DNA of 63,520 bases, filler included, from Stramenopiles sp. TOSAG23-3 (taxonomy: Eukaryota): the NCBI GenBank assembly GCA_900128585.1. It is 37 parts of 37 records of this genome, joined end to end, with 100 filler letters (N's around TTAATTAATTAA, not from the genome) between each part and the next. Parts side by side here need not be neighbours in the genome. Positions count along the whole stretch, not along the records: positions 22,455 to 24,076 come from LT645602.1; positions 24,177 to 25,797 come from LT645603.1; positions 25,898 to 27,517 come from LT645604.1; positions 27,618 to 29,237 come from LT645605.1; positions 29,338 to 30,956 come from LT645606.1; positions 31,057 to 32,674 come from LT645607.1; positions 32,775 to 34,392 come from LT645608.1; 30 more parts are not named here. One strand, written 5' to 3'. Of the stretch, positions 22,455 through 33,970 are shown one piece after another (position 1 is the first letter of the stretch; each line of letters starts with the position of its first letter). Made by a program: the position numbers and the translations under genes. The notes under the pieces are model-generated. The model saw only the letters and a program-made list of their open reading frames with translations. It made no database searches and was not told the origin of the DNA.

Positions 22455-24045
22455 CATAGTAAAGGTTGTAGCTAATTCGGGGCACATAGTCGTGCTCTGT
22501 CGCGGAAAGTTCTACCTCTTCGAGGCCCTGTGGGAAGATGGCACGTTGGCTGTCACGGAAGGGGACTTGATGCGGAACATTGAGGCAATCCTTCAAAACG
22601 CGTCGAACGCCGTGGACACGGAGGGGGAAGGCAGAGACGTCGTGGGGGTGTTTACGACGGAAACCCGATCCAAATGGGCCTCCATAAGAAGGGACTTGAC
22701 CCAACTCTCTTCTATAAATTCGGAAATATTTTCTATCATCGACAGCGCCCTGTTCATACTCTGTCTGGACGAAGAGGCGCCAAAGTCCACCGACGAACGG
22801 GTCGCCAACATGCTGCACGGCAGTTACCGCCTGGACACGGAGAGTGGCTTGCAAATAGGCTCGTGCTGCAACCGGTGGTACGATAAACTCCAATTAATAG
22901 TGTGCAAGAATGGAGCCGCTGGGTTCAACTTCGAACATAGCGCGGTCGACGGCCACACCGTCCTTCGCTTTGCATCGGATGTCTTTGCGGACAACATCAT
23001 GCGGTTTGCAAAGTCCATCACCAAAACGACCCATGGGAAAAACTACGTAACTGACATTTTACAAGCCACGTACAGGAAACCTGATGCTTCGATGGAAATT
23101 GAACCCAAGCGAATGAGGTGGACATTGAACGAGAATGTCAAGCAGCAAATGTTCTTTGCAGAAACGGCCATGAGCGATTTAATCTTTCAAACGGAGACAC
23201 GAACCCTCGAGTTCAGTGACTACGGGAAGAAGTTTATCGTCAGCAACTCGATGAGCCCGGATGGGTTTGTCCAAATAGCAATCAACACGGCGTACTACAT
23301 TTTGTACGGCAGCTTCGTCTCAACGTACGAAAGCGTCATGACGAAGCAGTTCCTACACGGGCGCACAGAGGCGGGCAGGACGACATCGACTGAGCTGACA
23401 GAATTTGCGAAAGCTTTTCACGACGAAAAGGAGACGAAGGAAACCAAATTGAAGTTGCTGTTGACGGCTTTGAAGCGGCAAAAAGCTGTCGTTCGGATGT
23501 GCCAGTCGGGGAACGGTGTTGACAGGCATTTAGGCGGGCTCATGTACATGCAAATGCTGAACAAGGGCGACGTTGACGTCCCCGAACTATTCAGCAGCAA
23601 AGCCTACCAAACCCTTACCACGAGCATCCTGTCCACTAGCAACTGCGGAAACCCATCCCTTCGCATGTTTGGGTTCGGTCCAGTTTGTGAGTATGGTTTT
23701 GGCATTGGGTACATCATTAAAGACGACGGCCTTCAATTTTGCATTTCGAGCCATCATCGCCAAACATCTCGATTTGTAAAGACGCTCGAAACGTTCTTGT
23801 TGGAGGTGAAGAACATACTTAAAGCAAGCGAACGCTCGTCAGTGAACGAGTGGGAACTAGACAGCGAGGCCGCCACGACTGCCCCAAAGAAAGAGGAAGC
23901 GACGAGCGATACCGAAGATTACGGGTATGGTTACTTTGATATGGGAGACTTGCCCAGCGTCGTTGTCGACAACACGAACAAGTTCTCTTCACGGTTGGTC
24001 CGATCAAGGTCCTTTCAATCAGTTGCAAAGTCTGCAAAGTCTTAA
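22455..24045 (+). CDS. Choline/carnitine O-acyltransferase (5' partial)
   Basis: NRWYDKLQLIV, FEHSAVDG catalytic His, SPDGFVQ, GRTE, DRHL, LSTSNCG, GFGPV. Confidence 0.96.
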
Positions 24046-24310
24046 CATAAAAGAATGCAAACCTAGAATGTCTAAANNNNNNNNNNNNNNNNNNNNNNNN
24101 NNNNNNNNNNNNNNNNNNNNTTAATTAATTAANNNNNNNNNNNNNNNNNNNNNNNNNNNNNNNNNNNNNNNNNNNNCGTTGAACGCGCTGGACGTCAGGT
24201 TCATTCAGTTCATTCGATAGCGGTGAGGCTTTATTATATTTTATTAAATTTTAATTAAATATAAAATAATTTATAATTACGCTTCAATCGCTTCGTATAA
24301 TAATTATAAA

Positions 24311-25673
24311 GAGTGAGTTACTGAACCTGGTAGACAGGCGTATGACAGTGCTAAATTGACCTAGTAAAAGTATACTGTTATAACTACCTTTAAGTATAAA
24401 ACTGTTACATTTAATTATAGTTAAAAATAGGGTATTAAAAATTCTCGTTTTGGAAACACTTTTCCAATTTCTATGTCAAAAATATATATTTATATTGTAA
24501 TATGTGTAAATATATATGGATAATAGAAATATAATAAAAATGTTTGCCATACGATAACTAGTCGTGTACATGGTTTGCCAGTATCGACGAGACGTCTACA
24601 AAGACATATTATAATAAGGAAGGTGTAACGGGGTATGGCAACACGTGAATCAACTGTAACGCATGTTTAATTGTTACGTTGACGATGTTGAATTAAAATT
24701 CAGCTTTTTATTGCATAATATCGCTATATTCCGTTGAAAATGTCGTTTTAAAAAATATTTTATGCAATAGAAAATTTTACTTCTAGGTTATATTGCATTG
24801 GATTTGAGGTGTCTGTGGGCTCATATGGTGGTATTAGTTGTGTGGCGGTATATAGATAGTCGTAAATAAAATGTGGCGCATATTTAATTGTTAAATTCCT
24901 CATGTTGAAATATAATTCACCTTTTTCAGTCTATTTGGTGGTATTATTATTATTATTCATACATTTAAATCATCAAAGCAATACGAACAAAAAATATAAA
25001 TAAAAATGTAAATATTTTGAATGATAATAATAAAACAGACAAAACAGATTATATTAAAGGTAATTTCAAACGATAGGTATTGGATATATCAAAAACAGTA
25101 TGTTATGTATATTTTTTTTTATATTTAACGCCTGTTACAACCATCTTTTTCACATTTTTGGGGTTGAAATATTGATATTTGATAAATATTCATAAAATTA
25201 ATATATATATAAAATATTTTTAAAATCCTGGAATGAATGTGGCGTATTATTCCATCATTTAAAAACGTGTCGCTTGTGTTATTATGTATACGAAGAGCGT
25301 ATGCATATAAATTACATTTAAGATTAAATAAAAAATAAGTTTTTGATTTTATATAAATATTTATAAAAAATAAGAAACATTGTAATCTCTCTTCCAATTG
25401 AATAAACATATGAATTGCTTGAATAAAACACTAATAATCGCTTGAAAGTTGTCTAAAATAGCTGAAAAAAGCCCATGAAAATGGTAGGTAATGCTATTCC
25501 AATGCTAACAGGAACAGGTAAGTTGGTCCAAGTAGGGGGAAATTAGGGTATTTTTTACTTTCAAACGTGAAGATTTCGGGGATGGTTTATACTTAATTTT
25601 TTCTTACACTACTTTTTTACTAGGTGAATTTAGCACCGTCATACGCCTGTCTACCAGGTTCAGTAACTCACTC
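24311..25673. mobile_element. Non-autonomous DNA transposon-like element, 1363 bp, ~59-bp TIRs
   Basis: GAGTGAGTTACTGAACCTGGTAGACAGGCGTATGAC(A/G)GTGCTAAATT(G/C)ACCTAGTAAAA at both ends, inverted, with 2 mismatches; AT-rich non-coding interior. Confidence 0.8.
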
Positions 25674-26121
25674 AAAAAAAATATTAAAAAATGTGTACGC
25701 GCGTATTTTTAAAATATCATAACAATACTCTCAAAAGAGGATTTTATGTCGTCAATAACTCCAATAAAAGGAATAATTACCGATGAGGTAAGAGGTANNN
25801 NNNNNNNNNNNNNNNNNNNNNNNNNNNNNNNNNNNNNNNNNTTAATTAATTAANNNNNNNNNNNNNNNNNNNNNNNNNNNNNNNNNNNNNNNNNNNNTGA
25901 TTGACAACCAACAATGAAACAAAACTACAGAACCAAGTTAGGATTAGGGTATGAGGACGCTAAATTTAATTACTTATAAATAACAGCCAATTTTCTTATT
26001 CTCAGCACATATGTCTTGTTTTCAGTTTACCTTTATTCGTACGTCAAGTTTTACTAATCACGCGCTAAAGCTCTTCCTGATCTACTCGCACAAAAATACG
26101 TTCTGGTACACTCCCTGATTA

Positions 26122-27060
26122 TCAAGACCTCGGCGGTTTACTCCCTAATTCCTGATTGGAAGGATGCGCAGGACTCTTCTCATTTTTTGTTGAATGGAGA
26201 AACCAGCAACTTTCATTATGGCAAGCTTTCCCGAATCTACAATTTTTTACCTTCTTTTTTTTGGTTCTAGAATACTGATTTTGCTCAGACTGAGCCGCCT
26301 TCACTCCCGGGTCATTCACGGAAACTGACTTGAGGCCTTCCGCCAACGCCTCCAGGGCTGTCTTTGCAGGTGTCTTTGTTCCAGGGGTACCCGTTGGGCT
26401 GTTCTTATTTGGCGTGGACTGTTTGAATCGCCGACGATGTCGAGTACCGGGTGGATCGAATTTACAAACAGGCATGGCCTTGGTCCGTCCCTGTTTTTTC
26501 TCCCGTGGAGATCTGGGGAAAGTCCTGCCGAAAAAATGGAGGTGGAGCCGTGCGTTGACGTTGCTCTTGGTGAGCGTCGCGTGCGGCACCCAGTCCACCA
26601 CGCGTTCTTCCCCGGTATGAGTTTCCTTTTCTCCCATCCTTTCCTTGGGGTTTTCAAAAAACTCTGAAGACTGCACTTGGACAGTTATCAGCAAATACTT
26701 TGCGTTTCGTTGGTAATGCCACTTCGTCAACGCCCCGTCCCACGTTATTTTGGTAATAAGACCGTTCGTCTCTTCAGTAAGCTCCCTCACTACCAACTCC
26801 TCGATACTCCTGTCCTCGTCTTCTATTTTCCCCCCAAGGTCAAAGTATTGAAACTTTCCCCTTTCGAGTTGCTTCTGAAGCAAGCAGACTGGTTTACCGT
26901 CCGTTCCCAAGTAAAAGAAGAGCACTCCTGCAGCCCGAACAGGCTGATTTCTATTGTTCTCGTACAGGAAAACCTTTCGCCCTTTCTGATCTTTCCCAAC
27001 TGGCGAGAACGACGCCGCCTCGCGTTCGTTGCCGCCGCGGCCCGCGACAATAGACGACAT
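26122..27060 (-). CDS. Nudix hydrolase with C-terminal CCCH-type zinc finger
   Basis: AAGVLF, Nudix box LGGKIEDEDRSIEELVVRELTEETNG; CRFGKACHNESCWFLH. Confidence 0.8.
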   Translation of the reverse strand: MSSIVAGRGGNEREAASFSPVGKDQKGRKVFLYENNRNQPVRAAGVLFFYLGTDGKPVCLLQKQLERGKFQYFDLGGKIEDEDRSIEELVVRELTEETNGLITKITWDGALTKWHYQRNAKYLLITVQVQSSEFFENPKERMGEKETHTGEERVVDWVPHATLTKSNVNARLHLHFFGRTFPRSPREKKQGRTKAMPVCKFDPPGTRHRRRFKQSTPNKNSPTGTPGTKTPAKTALEALAEGLKSVSVNDPGVKAAQSEQNQYSRTKKKKVKNCRFGKACHNESCWFLHSTKNEKSPAHPSNQELGSKPPRS

Positions 27061-27762
27061 CTGCGCTAGTCCCCGTGGACAAAAAGTAAAAGAAACGCGC
27101 ACAGTCGAATGATTTCTTCTTCCTCTGCACTAAGCAATATCTATCTAGATACGCACAGAACTCTTTTTCCTCTTATTGTATTATTGTTAGACTCGTTTAA
27201 ATAGTTCCATGTAATCTTGACTACATACGAATCAGTTATTTATTACTACTACTACGACGAGGGGTAATTATATACTACTCTCCTCCTCCTCCACCAGTAA
27301 AAAAAAAAGATAAAATAATAAATTCTCACCCCATTTCCCTGTTGTGTCTATTATGTATTATTAATACTAGACGACTATTAAAATAAGTAATATATAATAA
27401 TTGAATGGATAGGAGTAGGGTTATTGCGGGCGTTGTTGTTAGTAACGAAAATGACTCCAACAAGAAAAATGCCGTAAGGCTACATTTCAGAGAATTTATT
27501 AAGCAGTTGTGCCAAGGNNNNNNNNNNNNNNNNNNNNNNNNNNNNNNNNNNNNNNNNNNNNTTAATTAATTAANNNNNNNNNNNNNNNNNNNNNNNNNNN
27601 NNNNNNNNNNNNNNNNNTTTTCCGGACACGTACAATATCAATAGTTTTCACAGAACGTATATAAAAGTGAAACGGAGGAATTTACGAAAGACGCTTCATC
27701 TTAAATTAATAAGATTCATTAATATTTATGCGATCATTTAATTTAAGTATTGTCTTTTGAGA

Positions 27763-28257
27763 ATGCGCTATTTTGTCTTGAAAGTGTTTCTGTTCCTCGC
27801 AACAGTGGCCTCTGTCTGCGATGGTGTGGTTTTGTCTTCTAGGTCGCTCCGTGATTCGAGAAACCAACGAAGAGCGGAAAACCAAATTATGTGGGGAAAG
27901 ATCAACAAAATGGGGAAAGTGTTGAAGAACGGGGCAAAAAAATTGGGGAAAGGGGTGAAGAACGGGGCAAAAAAATTGGGGAAAGGGATGAAGAACGGGG
28001 CAAAAAAATTGGGGAAAGGGATCAAAAATGGGGCCAAAACAATTTTGAAACGGGAAAATCCCACGATAGATTGGGGCAAGAAACAGTCCCGTAAAAAAGA
28101 AAAAAAAGAAACCAAGAAATTCATCTTAGCCTCCTCAGGCGGTGGTTCCAGAGCTTTCTTTGGCTTTTCTGCTCTAATCCAAGGTTACAAAGGCGGTATT
28201 AGCGACTTGCTGGACGACACCGATTTCATTGCAACAAATTCTGGCTCACCCATGTAA
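27763..28257 (+). CDS. Secreted protein: 11-aa cationic repeats plus the start of a cPLA2/lysophospholipase-type domain, truncated
   Basis: Signal peptide; (KNGAKKLGKGx) x3.5; ILASSGGGSRA..D..IATNSGS; ends abruptly. Confidence 0.6.
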   Translation: MRYFVLKVFLFLATVASVCDGVVLSSRSLRDSRNQRRAENQIMWGKINKMGKVLKNGAKKLGKGVKNGAKKLGKGMKNGAKKLGKGIKNGAKTILKRENPTIDWGKKQSRKKEKKETKKFILASSGGGSRAFFGFSALIQGYKGGISDLLDDTDFIATNSGSPM

Positions 28258-28532
28258 CCGTTCGCATAGAGAGTAGTTTGCTGGATTTGTATTTTAAAAT
28301 TTCTCGTAAAACTGTTAACGACTTTTTTGGGTTCAACTCCGATCGTATTGTCTTTGAGTTCTCCTTCGGGAATAGACTTATGATCTTGTCTTTTAACTCA
28401 ACCAGTATTGGTATAGCATCGCCCGCCATCTTCCTAGTTATGATAGTATCCTTGTCGTCGGAACTCACTAATTGGAATGCTTTGGCTACTTTCTCGATGA
28501 CCGTTTTCTTCTCGCTCCGGGGTGAGTTTCAT
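28250..28532 (-). pseudogene. Small frameshifted ORF of possible virus/MGE origin
   Basis: ATG at 28532; removing 1 nt near 28518 gives MKLTPSEKKTVIEKVAKAF...ELNPKKSLTVLREILKYKSSKLLSMR. Confidence 0.35.
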
Positions 28533-29337
28533 TTTTTATATTTTATGGTTGCTTATATACATTTATTTTTTTGAACATTGCGTATTTTAGTATTTTTTAA
28601 ATCTACATAGACACACCATAGCTATCCGGTAGTGTTTTTTTAGTCTACATAGACACACCATAGCTATCCGGGGTGTCTGGGGTGTTTTATAGTTTTCATA
28701 TATTTTGCGCGACTGGTATTTACCGTGGGTGGTGTATAGGTTGTTAAGTTTCTTTCCTACTAATTTATAATTTTTTTTTTTCTAATAAAATAATAATAAC
28801 CCCAGATACCCCAGATAGTAAAACCATAACATAAACACACTATGGAAATAAATATCCGGGGTACAAATTCATACCCAGATACTACCCGGATAACACACCA
28901 ACACCCCGGATACCTACAGTACAGGGTCACACCATAACAACATACACCCCGATATGATCATTCTAAAGTTTCGTAATTTAAATGAGTTGCGTAATTTAAA
29001 TTGAGTTACGTAATTGTTCTGTATTAGGGCGATGACATGTGTGTGAAGAAGACAAAAAAATAGAAAAGAAAAAAAGTAAACCATAAATTAGAGTAATCTG
29101 AAATCAAGACTATAAATATGGCTGAAATTCGGAAAAATAAGATGAGCAACAATACAACTTTATTCATTCCATTTCGAATTCGAAAATAGTATATAAGTAT
29201 GTATAATCCTTAATTGTTTAAGGCGTTTCTTTTACATNNNNNNNNNNNNNNNNNNNNNNNNNNNNNNNNNNNNNNNNNNNNTTAATTAATTAANNNNNNN
29301 NNNNNNNNNNNNNNNNNNNNNNNNNNNNNNNNNNNNN

Positions 29338-29580
29338 AGCCCGTTGTCATTTTAAATAGGGAATATGTATTTCTTAGACTATTGATCTTATACTTATGGA
29401 GATCATTTTTTTAGCCCGCGAAATGACATGGACCATTTTAAATAGGGAATATTTATTTCTTAGACTATGAATCTTATACTTATGGAGATCTTTTTTTTAG
29501 CCCGCGAAATGACATGGACCATTTTAAATAGGGAATATGTATTTCTTAGACTATAAATCTTATACTTATAGAGATCATGT
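29338..29580. repeat. 86-bp tandem repeat, ~2.8 copies
   Basis: CATTTTAAATAGGGAATAT recurs at 29348, 29434 and 29520 with near-identical units. Confidence 0.92.
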
Positions 29581-29862
29581 TTATGAAAGAATGATTTCCC
29601 GCTGCGCCAATCATTCTTCAATCAAAAAAGAAAGAAAGAAAGAAACTAAAAAAGAAACGAACAGAGAAAACAAAAAGAGAAATAAATAGGTTTTACGGAC
29701 GTGGACTTGCTCGTTTTATCCGAATTGGGATGAGTATCGGCGTCGAACCGTTTGTTTCGTTTGTTGCAACTTGTTTTTCGTTTCATTCCACGGTTGGTTC
29801 ATTTCTGTCGTTCTTTCCCCCTCCCGTTTCTTTCCGGTTGTCTGTCTGTCCGGTTGTTAAAT

Positions 29863-30501
29863 ATGGCGTCCTCGCGTATGGCCGAGCTTGGCCTTCAAAA
29901 CGTTAGCAACGGTGGTGCCCAAAAACCAAAGCCGGTGTCGAAGTTTGCGGCGTTTAAAAAGGAACAGGATAAGATCAACGATGCGTGCAATGAGATTGGA
30001 AAGGGTACCCGTGAGATACAAAACTTAATCGAACGGTTCAGCAAAGCGACCAAATCCAGCGAGGAGGAGGAAATTAGCGCAGAGCTCGACAAGATCGTCC
30101 AGCGGGTGCAAAGTATTGCAGTGAAAACAAAATCGTTGATCAAACGGTTGAACGAAGAGAACAAGGACACGACAAAGTTCGGCCACAACGAGAAAGTCAT
30201 GCGAGAGCAAGGGATCAAAGCCTCGGCAGAGAAATTTATCAAGCGGGTCAAGGAATACCAAGCCGCCCAGCAACTCTTTAACGCACGGATGAAAGAGACT
30301 ATGACCCGTCGAGTGCGGATCATTGCCCCGGAAAAGAGCGAGTCGGAGATCAAAGATATTATCGACGAAGGGAAATCGTCGGAAATATTTAGGCAAGTTA
30401 TCCTTGAAGGCAAGGGGGAAAATGCCTCCGTTGACGTGTTACTCTGTGCCGTTGTTCGTCTACGTTGGCTGGAGAAAATAATTGGTTCACATTGGGAATG
30501 A
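29863..30501 (+). CDS. Qa-SNARE syntaxin (plasma-membrane type), Habc region; 3' end probably intronic or incomplete
   Basis: MASSRMAEL start, helical Habc domain, F...KEYQ.AQ..F..RMKE...RRVRII.PE.SE.EI; no SNARE/TM segment in frame. Confidence 0.8.
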   Translation: MASSRMAELGLQNVSNGGAQKPKPVSKFAAFKKEQDKINDACNEIGKGTREIQNLIERFSKATKSSEEEEISAELDKIVQRVQSIAVKTKSLIKRLNEENKDTTKFGHNEKVMREQGIKASAEKFIKRVKEYQAAQQLFNARMKETMTRRVRIIAPEKSESEIKDIIDEGKSSEIFRQVILEGKGENASVDVLLCAVVRLRWLEKIIGSHWE

Positions 30502-31056
30502 AGGGTTGATTACATTATAGGGAAGGGGGTGGTTGATTGTTGATTCGGATTGGACGGAGAAAAAAGAAGAAGAAAGAAAGAAGAAAGAAAGAAGAAATTT
30601 ATTACAAAATAATAATATGAAATAGTAGGGTAGTATTGATCAGATAGGATATAATGTATATTAGAATACGAATATGATACTTTTAAAGGATTTAGTATTA
30701 ATTTATATAGACACAGCATAGGATTAATGAATAATAATTTAGATTTACTTTTAAGGAATTAAAAAGTTAATTAAAAGTGTAAGTAATACGGATTCTCTCC
30801 TTTTTCCCTCCAAACTCTTTTGAATTTGGTTTTTAATTCTTCAGATGAGATATTGCGGTTCTTTTCCAACCGAAGACAAGTCAATGATTGTAACGAATCA
30901 TTCTCAATTAACTCAAGAAGACATTGACAACCAACATTACCAATCTTATTATCATCNNNNNNNNNNNNNNNNNNNNNNNNNNNNNNNNNNNNNNNNNNNN
31001 TTAATTAATTAANNNNNNNNNNNNNNNNNNNNNNNNNNNNNNNNNNNNNNNNNNNN

Positions 31057-32344
31057 AAGGGCCTTGAGCAGATGCTGTTTTCCAAGGGTCGTCTGAATAA
31101 TCCAGATAAAAGATACGCGTCGCGCCAACCAGGTCAGGTCGGGCAGCCCCATACTTTTTTTGAAAGGCAGCATTTTCATTATCCAAGTCTAGCAAGTTTT
31201 TGGGGAACATGGCCACACATTGTGAGTGCAGTGCATCTTGTGTAAGGTGTCTCGACCGCAACGCATTTCGTGCATGCTCTGGCCTTGACTGTAAATATGC
31301 CACTTGGGAGCATTTTTGCCATCGCCAACTCTTTGCTCCAACCCCGTCTGGTGACTCATCCGTTAAAGCAGCAATTTGTTGTGTGTCGTAAAATGCTTGC
31401 CCTTGAAAGGTGGGGCCGTAAAAATCTTTAATGAATGATGCCAACGCGTTAATCGGCTCAGCGTCCACATCCCCCATTGCCTCGCATAATTTCTGTTTAT
31501 GCCCGTACTGTACTGCCATGGCAATTGCGTCCGCAACCATGTAAAAGAAATCACTGTCTCCGTGCCGAGTTCGCACCAAGTTGGAAGCGTTGAACGGCGA
31601 TGCCTTTAAATCCTCCAACTCATTAATTGACAAGTAATCAATCCCATCAATCGCCTGAAGAAGGGTTTCAAAGCATTTTGGGTATGCCGCATAACCCTGA
31701 AGCGTCTCCGTGACGGACGCATCAAATTCGGTGAAATCGATAATGGCATTGATTACTCCGGATGACGATAGTGAAGCAAAGGTCGTTTCCGGGTAATGTG
31801 TACGAAACCAAGAGGCCGTCCCACCGCTGTAGCTTCCACCAAAAGTTAAAACACGCCTTGCCTTGTCAGGGTTCAGAAGATCAATAATCGCCTTCGTATC
31901 CTCCAAATTTTGGTCAGTGGATAGAAATGGCAGGTTGGGGCCTACAAGCCCCCCCTTTGGGATCGACGTGCCGTAAAAACGGTGCTCCACTGCAACCGAC
32001 ACCGCTCCGTGCTTTTTTGCCAACTCGTTGCAGGGAACACAGCCTGCCGACGCCTCCCCCCCCATTTGAACAAAAAGTGGCGCACTTTCCGAAGTTGCAC
32101 AGGAGTCATCGACCCAGAAACGGACTTCAAACGTCTCTTCTTTGGTCTCGTTATTTGGCGCAAAATGGTCCAAGGGAGCGGTGTAAGAGTGAAGTTTGCA
32201 AGGACCATTTGAAACGCTACGTTCTAGGCCGTGGAGTTTACTCAACAGACCGTCGTGTGCACGGATCCGTTCAGGCAGGACGTCGAGCGGCCTCCATGCC
32301 TTAGTGGAGATTACAAACACCAGGAACAATGTAAAACGAAGCAT
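31057..32344 (-). CDS. Serine carboxypeptidase S28 family, secreted (3' partial)
   Basis: LDHF, GGE, EHRFYG.S.P, FGGSYSG, WFR.HYP, W.WQKC, DPW. Confidence 0.95.
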
Positions 32345-32788
32345 GCGTTCAAGAAAAGCTTGTACATATGCCTTATACACTGTTTGTTCGTGAACATATA
32401 ATCCGAAACAAATTGTTTGACTTTTTTTGTTTCTTTTTATAGTATTCCATAATATTTCATTTTCTTTCTTTCTTCTTCTTCTTTCACATCGTACATTTTT
32501 TTTCGTCGAGCGACACACAGACAAGAAGAAGAGTTCCCCCCGCCCCCCGCCCGACGACGACGAAGAAAAAGCAAAAGAAGAAAGAAGAAGAAGCCCAGCA
32601 GAAGAAAGAAAGAAAGAAAAAAGAAAGTAGAAAGAAAGAAAGAAAGAAAGAAAGAAAAAGAAAGAAGATCTGTANNNNNNNNNNNNNNNNNNNNNNNNNN
32701 NNNNNNNNNNNNNNNNNNTTAATTAATTAANNNNNNNNNNNNNNNNNNNNNNNNNNNNNNNNNNNNNNNNNNNNATTAAAATATTTTT

Positions 32789-33592
32789 TTAAACGTAACT
32801 GCTCTTTTCCAAATATTCACCCGGTGGAATCTCCGCAGAATGGCAGTACCTGCAAGTTGTGGCTAGACTGGTGTGGCCCATCGCAATGCTGACGGTACCC
32901 ACATCGCACCCTTTCTGAATGCTAAGGGTGCAGTAGGCGTGTCGGAACCAGTGTGGTGAAATTTTAGGGTTCAACTTCTTCAACCTTCGTTGGGCCCACC
33001 ATCTGGAATGGTGAGAGTTTCGGTGGGCGAACAGGTAATCCTCCTCCCCCAAGTCTTTGATCTGTTTCCATATGTACCGTGAGGTAATTGTGCCGACCCG
33101 GACATCTCGACGCTTGTTGCCTTTGCCCAAGACGGAAACGCTCAACCGTTCTCCGAAGGTGATATCTTTCTTTTTCAGTTGCAATGCTTCGGAGACGCGA
33201 AGTCCAAGGAAGAACAGTAAATGGATCAGGAGTTTTACTTTACCTTCGGCTTTTTGAAGGATACGGTACACTTCCTTCTCCTCCATCGTTCTCTCCACAC
33301 GGCACTTGGTTGCAGGCGGCACCTTCAGGCACTTTAGAATATCCTTGGTGATATAATCGTACAAGTGCAAGTAATGAAAGAAGGACTTGAGAGTTATTAT
33401 CTTTCTGCGACGGGCAGGGGATTCGGGCATGGTTTTTAGGTAACGCTGCACGTCCAGAAATCGGATGTGCGTGACCACTTCTGGGATGTTGCTTTGCTTC
33501 AACCATTTCCTGAAATGTTTCAGATCGCTCGTGTAGTGGATCTGGGTCAGTTTCGACTTGGTAAATAGGAATTCTTCGAGGTAGTCGTCCAT
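32789..33592 (-). CDS. XerC/XerD-type tyrosine recombinase / integrase
   Basis: N-terminal SAM-like domain (Y..DL..F..WL, LKSFFHYL); catalytic GLRVSE, GKGNKRR, HWFRH, MGH, RY. Confidence 0.93.
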   Translation of the reverse strand: MDDYLEEFLFTKSKLTQIHYTSDLKHFRKWLKQSNIPEVVTHIRFLDVQRYLKTMPESPARRRKIITLKSFFHYLHLYDYITKDILKCLKVPPATKCRVERTMEEKEVYRILQKAEGKVKLLIHLLFFLGLRVSEALQLKKKDITFGERLSVSVLGKGNKRRDVRVGTITSRYIWKQIKDLGEEDYLFAHRNSHHSRWWAQRRLKKLNPKISPHWFRHAYCTLSIQKGCDVGTVSIAMGHTSLATTCRYCHSAEIPPGEYLEKSSYV

Positions 33593-33970
33593 TTTATCAC
33601 AGATATTTTGGTAACTCACTTAATTGCATTTGTAAATGGAAACGCAATACCGCGTAAATGGAATTGTTGGAGACACAAACGTGTACGGCGCACATGCACC
33701 CATACACAAACTAGCCCCAACCTCGGGCCACTTTAACATATGCAGGGAGGTATTATAAATGGATGACCATGTAGACACGCACTTAATGCAGATACACCCA
33801 CGCACAAAAACGACACATTTTCGATTATCCGTCCATTATTCTGGGCGTACAGGCATCATCTCTCGTTGTTCAAAGTGGCCAACCTTACTCATTTTTACAG
33901 ATGCATTTTGCATCAGAACTGCAACTGCCCAACGACCTTATTCCTTTCGTATATACCTTGGTATTACCAT

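Noticed and set aside
29338-29580. Possible CRISPR array
   Set aside because: Whole 86-bp units repeat with no unique spacers, and no cas genes are present
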